37,076 bases of DNA from Synechococcus sp. PNGco_S_binSS4 (GTDB lineage: Bacteria; Cyanobacteriota; Cyanobacteriia; PCC-6307; Cyanobiaceae): assembly GCA_007571085.1 (NCBI GenBank), contig RKSC01000168.1, positions 1-37,076 on the forward strand, in the 5' to 3' direction. The translations under genes were made by a program, and so were the position numbers. The stretch's first letter is position 1. Each line of letters begins with the position of its first letter. A model generated the notes under the pieces. It was not told the DNA's origin and made no database searches. It worked only from the letters and a program-made list of their open reading frames with translations. Below, in pieces: positions 31,064-37,076 of this stretch.

Positions 31064-31276
31064 TCATTGATCTGCCGAATGAAGCTGACGAGCAGTTTCC
31101 CAAAGCCCCACCATTGTCCTCATCCGCTGCAGGCGAACTTTGGATACAATTGGCCGGGACATTCTGCCAAAGCAAAGTGTGGAGCCAAAGGTTTGTCGGA
31201 GGCCAGCCTTGCACAGGCTTTCTTGCTCCTTGACAATTGCGGCTAGGCTGGCGCCGTTGCTAGTTGCAGTGTCCAT
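31064..31276 (-). CDS. Possible small hypothetical protein (70 aa)
   Basis: ATG ORF co-oriented downstream of atpC; no recognisable motif. Confidence 0.25.
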   Translation of the reverse strand: MDTATSNGASLAAIVKEQESLCKAGLRQTFGSTLCFGRMSRPIVSKVRLQRMRTMVGLWETARQLHSADQ

Positions 31277-31398
31277 GGTGGGTGGTGAAGGGTGTGGAAA
31301 GGGAGAATGGGGAGCTTAGGAGTCAAGCCCTGGCTTGTCAAGGCAGGCAGATGTGGGGCATCAGACCAATACAGGTCTGTTCCCATGGGGCCAGGAAA

Positions 31399-31812
31399 TC
31401 AATCCAGTGTACCACCAGCGGCCTGAAGCCGTGCTCGTGCACGGCTGGCCTTTTGCTGGGCCTGAAGTTTTTCTGGAGTGTTGATTTGCCCTGCAACCCG
31501 GGTCAGCTCTTCTCGGGAAGCAGCAAAGGCCTTCTCGGCTTCCCCACGGTTGATGTCTGTTCCCCGCTCCGCACCGTTAACCAGCACGGTGACTTCATCA
31601 TCAATCACTTCAGCAAATCCACCCATTAGGGCAATGGAGCTCCAGGAGGAACCTTCCCGCAACCGCAGCACCCCCACATCCAGAGCAGTGAGTAGGGAGG
31701 CATGGCCTGTGAGCACCCCCAGCTGACCAGTGGTGCTGGGCAGGATGACTTCGTCGGCCGCCCCATCAAAGACGTTGGTGTCTGGGGTGAGAACCCGTAG
31801 GGTGAGGCTCAT
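31399..31812 (-). CDS. atpC: ATP synthase epsilon subunit
   Basis: LRVLTPD, LPSTTGQLGVL.GH, ALMGGFAEV, ARARLQA. Confidence 0.96.
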   Translation of the reverse strand: MSLTLRVLTPDTNVFDGAADEVILPSTTGQLGVLTGHASLLTALDVGVLRLREGSSWSSIALMGGFAEVIDDEVTVLVNGAERGTDINRGEAEKAFAASREELTRVAGQINTPEKLQAQQKASRARARLQAAGGTLD

Positions 31813-31886
31813 GGGAACAGAAAGAATGAGGGGAAAGGATCTGCCGGTGTGGAGGCTGATCCAGGGAAGAGTGTGGGATGGGCAGG

Positions 31887-33444
<1,558 letters not shown>

Positions 33445-33482
33445 AGGCCAGACCTTGTTGGCTCACCATGGGGATCCCTAAT

Positions 33483-33509
33483 TTGGCAGTCAAGCGCCGA
33501 GAGTGCTAA
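33483..33509 (+). promoter_or_regulatory. CIRCE operator (HrcA binding site)
   Basis: TTGGCAGTC-N9-GAGTGCTAA versus consensus TTAGCACTC-N9-GAGTGCTAA (two mismatches in the left arm). Confidence 0.85.
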
Positions 33510-33622
33510 CTCCTGGCGTTCAAGCCTTCGTTCTCCTATGTCAGGGCTGATCAATTCAATCCAAGACCAACTCAACCACAGGAGCAACTTTGGCTTTCAG
33601 ATGCTGAAACCCCCTTTTCCCC

Positions 33623-33934
33623 ATGGCAGCAGTTAATCTCAGCGTTTCCACCGTCAAGCCCCTGGGTGACCGGGTCTTCGTGAAGGTCTCCGAGTCAGAA
33701 GAGAAAACCGCTGGCGGCATCCTTCTTCCTGATACCGCCAAGGAGAAGCCCCAAGTGGGTGAAGTGGTCCAGGTGGGTCCTGGCAAGCGCAATGAGGATG
33801 GCAGCCGGCAGACCCCGGAAGTGAGCACTGGCAATCGGGTGCTCTACAGCAAGTACGCCGGCACAGACATCAAGCTGGGCACTGACGAGTACGTCCTCCT
33901 CAGTGAAAAAGACATCCTGGCCATTGTCGGCTGA
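33623..33934 (+). CDS. groES: Co-chaperonin GroES
   Basis: [31 protein letters not shown]. Confidence 0.98.
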   Translation: MAAVNLSVSTVKPLGDRVFVKVSESEEKTAGGILLPDTAKEKPQVGEVVQVGPGKRNEDGSRQTPEVSTGNRVLYSKYAGTDIKLGTDEYVLLSEKDILAIVG

Positions 33935-33986
33935 CCTCTTCCGCCACTCCTTTTTTCCCGTCAACCTTTCCTAAGAGACACTTTCA

Positions 33987-35624
33987 ATGGCTAAGCGCAT
34001 CATTTACAGCGAAAGCGCCCGCCGCGCTTTAGAAAAAGGCATTGATACCCTCAATGAAGCCGTTGCTGTGACCCTGGGTCCCAAGGGTCGCAATGTGGTG
34101 CTGGAGAAGAAATTCGGTGCACCCCAAATCATTAATGACGGCATCACCATTGCCAAGGAAATCGAACTGGAGGATCACATCGAAAACACCGGTGTGGCCC
34201 TGATTCGCCAGGCAGCCTCAAAAACCAACGATGCTGCTGGTGATGGCACCACCACAGCCACCGTCTTGGCCCATGCCATGGTGAAGGCTGGCCTGCGCAA
34301 CGTGGCTGCCGGCGCCAATGCAATTTCCTTGAAGCGTGGCATTGATAAAGCTGCCGATTTTCTGGTCAGCGAAATCGAGAAGCTGGCCGTTCCGGTGACA
34401 GACAACAATGCCATTGCCCAAGTGGGTGCCATTGCTGCCGGCAATGATCCTGAAGTGGGTCAGAAAATTGCTGACGCCATGGACAAAGTGGGCAAGGAGG
34501 GTGTCATCTCCTTGGAAGAAGGCAAGTCCATGAGCACCGAGCTGGAGGTGACTGAGGGCATGCGCTTTGACAAGGGCTACATCTCCCCCTACTTCGCCAC
34601 CGACAATGAGCGCATGGAGGCGGTGCTGGATGAGCCCTACATTCTGCTCACTGACAAGAAAATCACCCTGGTGCAGGATCTGGTGCCTGTGCTGGAGCAA
34701 ATCGCCCGCACTGGCAAACCCCTCCTGATTATTGCCGAGGACATTGAGAAAGAAGCCCTGGCCACCCTGGTGGTGAACCGTCTACGTGGGGTGCTGAATG
34801 TGGCAGCAGTGAAAGCTCCTGGCTTTGGCGACCGCCGTAAAGCCATGCTGGAGGACATGGCAGTGCTGACTGGTGGTCAGATGATCACCGAAGATGCCGG
34901 TCTCAAGCTGGATAATGCCAAGGTGGACATGATGGGCACAGCCCGTCGGGTGACCATCACCAAGGACACCACCACCATCGTGGCGGATGGCCAAGAGGCC
35001 CATGTGAAAGAGCGCTGCGAGCAGATCCGCCGTCAGATTGATGAGACGGACTCCTCCTACGACAAGGAGAAACTGCAAGAGCGCCTGGCCAAGCTGGCCG
35101 GTGGTGTGGCCGTGGTGAAAGTGGGTGCGGCCACAGAAACCGAGATGAAAGACAAGAAGCTGCGCCTTGAAGACGCCATCAATGCCACCAAGGCTGCTGT
35201 GGAAGAAGGAATTGTTCCCGGTGGGGGCACCACCCTGGTTCACCTCATGCCCCAGTTGCAAGCCTGGGCTCAAGACAACCTCTCCGGTGAAGAGCAAACT
35301 GGCGCCCTCATCATGGCCACTGCCCTCACCGCTCCCCTCTGTCGCATTGCCGACAACGCTGGTGTAAATGGTGCCGTGGTGGCTGAGAATGTGAAAGGTC
35401 GTCCCTTCAATGAGGGCTACAACGCCGCCAAAGGCTCCTATGAGGACCTGCTGGCAGCTGGCATTGTTGATCCAGCCAAGGTGACCCGCTCTGCCCTGCA
35501 AAATGCCGCCTCCATTGCCGGCATGGTGCTCACCACTGAGTGCATCGTGGCTGACCTGCCCGAGAAGAAAGAAGCTGCTCCCGCCCCTGCTGGTGGTGGC
35601 ATGGGTGGAGACTTTGACTACTGA
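33987..35624 (+). CDS. groEL: Chaperonin GroEL (GroEL1)
   Basis: [35 protein letters not shown] tail. Confidence 0.98.
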   Translation: MAKRIIYSESARRALEKGIDTLNEAVAVTLGPKGRNVVLEKKFGAPQIINDGITIAKEIELEDHIENTGVALIRQAASKTNDAAGDGTTTATVLAHAMVKAGLRNVAAGANAISLKRGIDKAADFLVSEIEKLAVPVTDNNAIAQVGAIAAGNDPEVGQKIADAMDKVGKEGVISLEEGKSMSTELEVTEGMRFDKGYISPYFATDNERMEAVLDEPYILLTDKKITLVQDLVPVLEQIARTGKPLLIIAEDIEKEALATLVVNRLRGVLNVAAVKAPGFGDRRKAMLEDMAVLTGGQMITEDAGLKLDNAKVDMMGTARRVTITKDTTTIVADGQEAHVKERCEQIRRQIDETDSSYDKEKLQERLAKLAGGVAVVKVGAATETEMKDKKLRLEDAINATKAAVEEGIVPGGGTTLVHLMPQLQAWAQDNLSGEEQTGALIMATALTAPLCRIADNAGVNGAVVAENVKGRPFNEGYNAAKGSYEDLLAAGIVDPAKVTRSALQNAASIAGMVLTTECIVADLPEKKEAAPAPAGGGMGGDFDY

Positions 35625-35671
35625 TCTGCTGGTCTGCTGATCTGCGGTCAATCTCTTCAAGTTTCATCTGC

Positions 35672-35698
35672 AGCGCCCCATTTAAGGGGCGCTTTTTT
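35672..35698 (+). terminator. Rho-independent terminator of groESL
   Basis: agcgcccc-atttaa-ggggcgct followed by a T run. Confidence 0.88.
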
Positions 35699-35723
35699 GT
35701 ACCTGGCCCGGTGTACCTGGCCC
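35698..35723. repeat. 14-bp-period tandem duplication (tgtacctggccc[gg]) x2
   Basis: Immediately after the groEL terminator, at the edge of the accessory region. Confidence 0.8.
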
Positions 35724-36012
35724 AGCCTGGTGAGAGTATGGTGGCACCACCTACCGTTTTCCAACGGGCTGGGGGAACTGCAGGGCTGGGTGTCAAGCAT
35801 TCTGGCATCAAAGGTCTTATTGGCATTCCGCCTGGGAAGGGCCTCAATAATCCGGGAGTAGTATGTATGGGCACGTGCCCATGGGTTAGGGATTTATCCA
35901 ACTCCTCACGGGCATAGTTGTTATGGCCTGTACAGACACCCATGGCCTGGACGCAGTGTTGTATGTTTCAACTGATCCCGTTGCTCCCTGGAGGAGGTAA
36001 CCTTCCCACAAT

Positions 36013-36278
36013 TTGCTGGCCCATGACCCAGACACTGATGGCTCCCTGGAGGCCAAGCTCAAGCACCTTGAATTGATTCAAGGTGTTATTAACCGCCTTG
36101 CCGGGGAGTCAGCCAGGCTCAAGAACTGGAGCGTGACCCTGGTTGCCGGGTTGTTCGCCCTCATGGGAAGTACGGGCTAGCTGGACACATTCCGGCTGGA
36201 TGCATTCATGGTGACCCTCATGCCCATAGTGGTCTTCTGAATCCTGGACGGTTACTTCCTGTGCCATGAGCGGCTGTA
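36013..36278 (+). pseudogene. N-terminal half of an uncharacterised transmembrane protein (candidate TIR-associated effector), two in-frame stops
   Basis: Not in ORF track. Manual translation: EAKLKHLELIQGVINRLAGESARLKNWSVTLVAGLFALMGSTG*LDTFRLDAFMVTLMPIVVF*ILDGYFLCHERL, ending abruptly at the TIR junction. Confidence 0.75.
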
Positions 36279-36701
36279 GACAATGATTGGGAAGCTATCA
36301 AGAAAAGTGGGGACAGTGCAATCAAGAGCTGGATCGCCGACCAGATGAAGGGTCGTTCCTGCACCGTTGTCCTGGTGGGGAGGAATACCGCTAATCGCAA
36401 GTGGATCAACTACGAAATCTATGAGTCCTGGAATAATAAGATGGGAATTGTTGGCATCCATATCCACGGCCTGAAAGACCGGGATGGCCATACATCATCC
36501 AAGGGCAAGAATCCTTTTCAGTACATTACTCTGGAGAACTCTTCCAAGAGGCTATCATCCATTGTAAAGTGCTACGACCCGGAAGGTGACTGCAGCAAAA
36601 AACGTTACCGTTGGATCTCCCAGTATCTAGAGGCCGCCGTGGAAGAAGCAATTCAGATCCGAGCAAAAACAAGATGGCTCCGCTTCACCCTTCCCATCTA
36701 G
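36279..36701 (+). pseudogene. ThsB-like / DUF1863 (MTH538) TIR domain gene lacking its N-terminus
   Basis: DNDWEAIKKSGDSAIKSWIADQMKGRSCTVVLVG..TANRKWINYEI..SW..GIVGIHIHGLKD..KGKNPF. The catalytic-type Glu is intact; the first strand (FxSFHY) and about 30 aa are missing. Confidence 0.85.
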
Positions 36702-36903
36702 ACTGGTCCATGTAGCACTTCAGGCCATCTGTCATAGATCTTTTTGCTGGAGCTAGGGGACTTCCCCCGCCTTTACTCACCTTGGGTTCCCTGTGCAGAT
36801 GGCAGGGGATATGGGTAAGTGTGCCAATTGTATTAGCGGCATAAATAGACCTGACTTTGAGCATTAAGTAAGATAAAAAGCTTCTTGCCGATGATTTTGC
36901 CCC

Positions 36904-37076
36904 GTGTCTGCTTCGCCCCTTAAAGCTCTGCTTGCTGTTGGCCTTATGGGTTTAGGCACTTTTCCTAATCCAGCCTTGGCCTACGAGACCACACGTAAGC
37001 AATATGGCGATAATAACAAAGAAGAATTAACTCCATGTTTCCCAACAAGAACTGAAGAGTATATTCATTTTAAGCA
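36904..37076 (+). CDS. Secreted protein, 5' part (runs off the window)
   Basis: GTG start; MSASPLKALLAVGLMGLGTFPNPALA-YETTRKQYGDNNKEELTPCFPTRTEEYIHFK open to the end, with an ALA signal-peptidase site. Confidence 0.55.
   Translation, partial: MSASPLKALLAVGLMGLGTFPNPALAYETTRKQYGDNNKEELTPCFPTRTEEYIHFK

Noticed and set aside
34782-35660. Long antisense/alternative ORFs (e.g. 34782-35660, 21205-22068, 7888-8517, 31766-32350)
   Set aside because: Shadow ORFs of GC-rich, well-identified genes, with no motifs of their own.
35724-36010. Possible gene remnant between the groEL terminator and the TM pseudogene
   Set aside because: Short open stretches on both strands, but no recognisable family, so a call cannot be supported.

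Overview
Chromosomal window from a picocyanobacterium of the Synechococcus/Cyanobium radiation. It is probably a host-associated lineage resembling sponge symbionts; this is inferred from the eukaryote-like LRR adhesin and the decayed accessory DNA. The backbone is intact housekeeping DNA: epimerase-manC-rimM, CocE-glgB-hemE-epimerase-petE, clpB, bioA, methyltransferase-DUF6439-GUN4-mnmH-psb28-AI-2E, secF-secD-pdhB, DUF3082-ispE-rsmA-yraN, atpC-atpD, and groES-groEL with K-box and CIRCE. Three accessory islets are all broken. (i) An SphI-like type II restriction-modification pair has frameshifts and lacks the HNH core. (ii) A secreted 24-aa LRR plus Calx-beta-like protein is fused by deletion to the 3' remnant of a group II intron (maturase/HNH tail, domains V and VI). 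(iii) A transmembrane gene is fused by deletion to a ThsB/DUF1863-type TIR gene, a probable TM+TIR defence module. The most striking window-wide signal is strong over-representation of the palindrome CCATGG (about 85-90 copies by manual count versus about 11-12 expected from base composition), with CpG depletion and no canonical HIP1 seen. A 31-aa membrane smORF missed by the ORF track lies upstream of pdhB.
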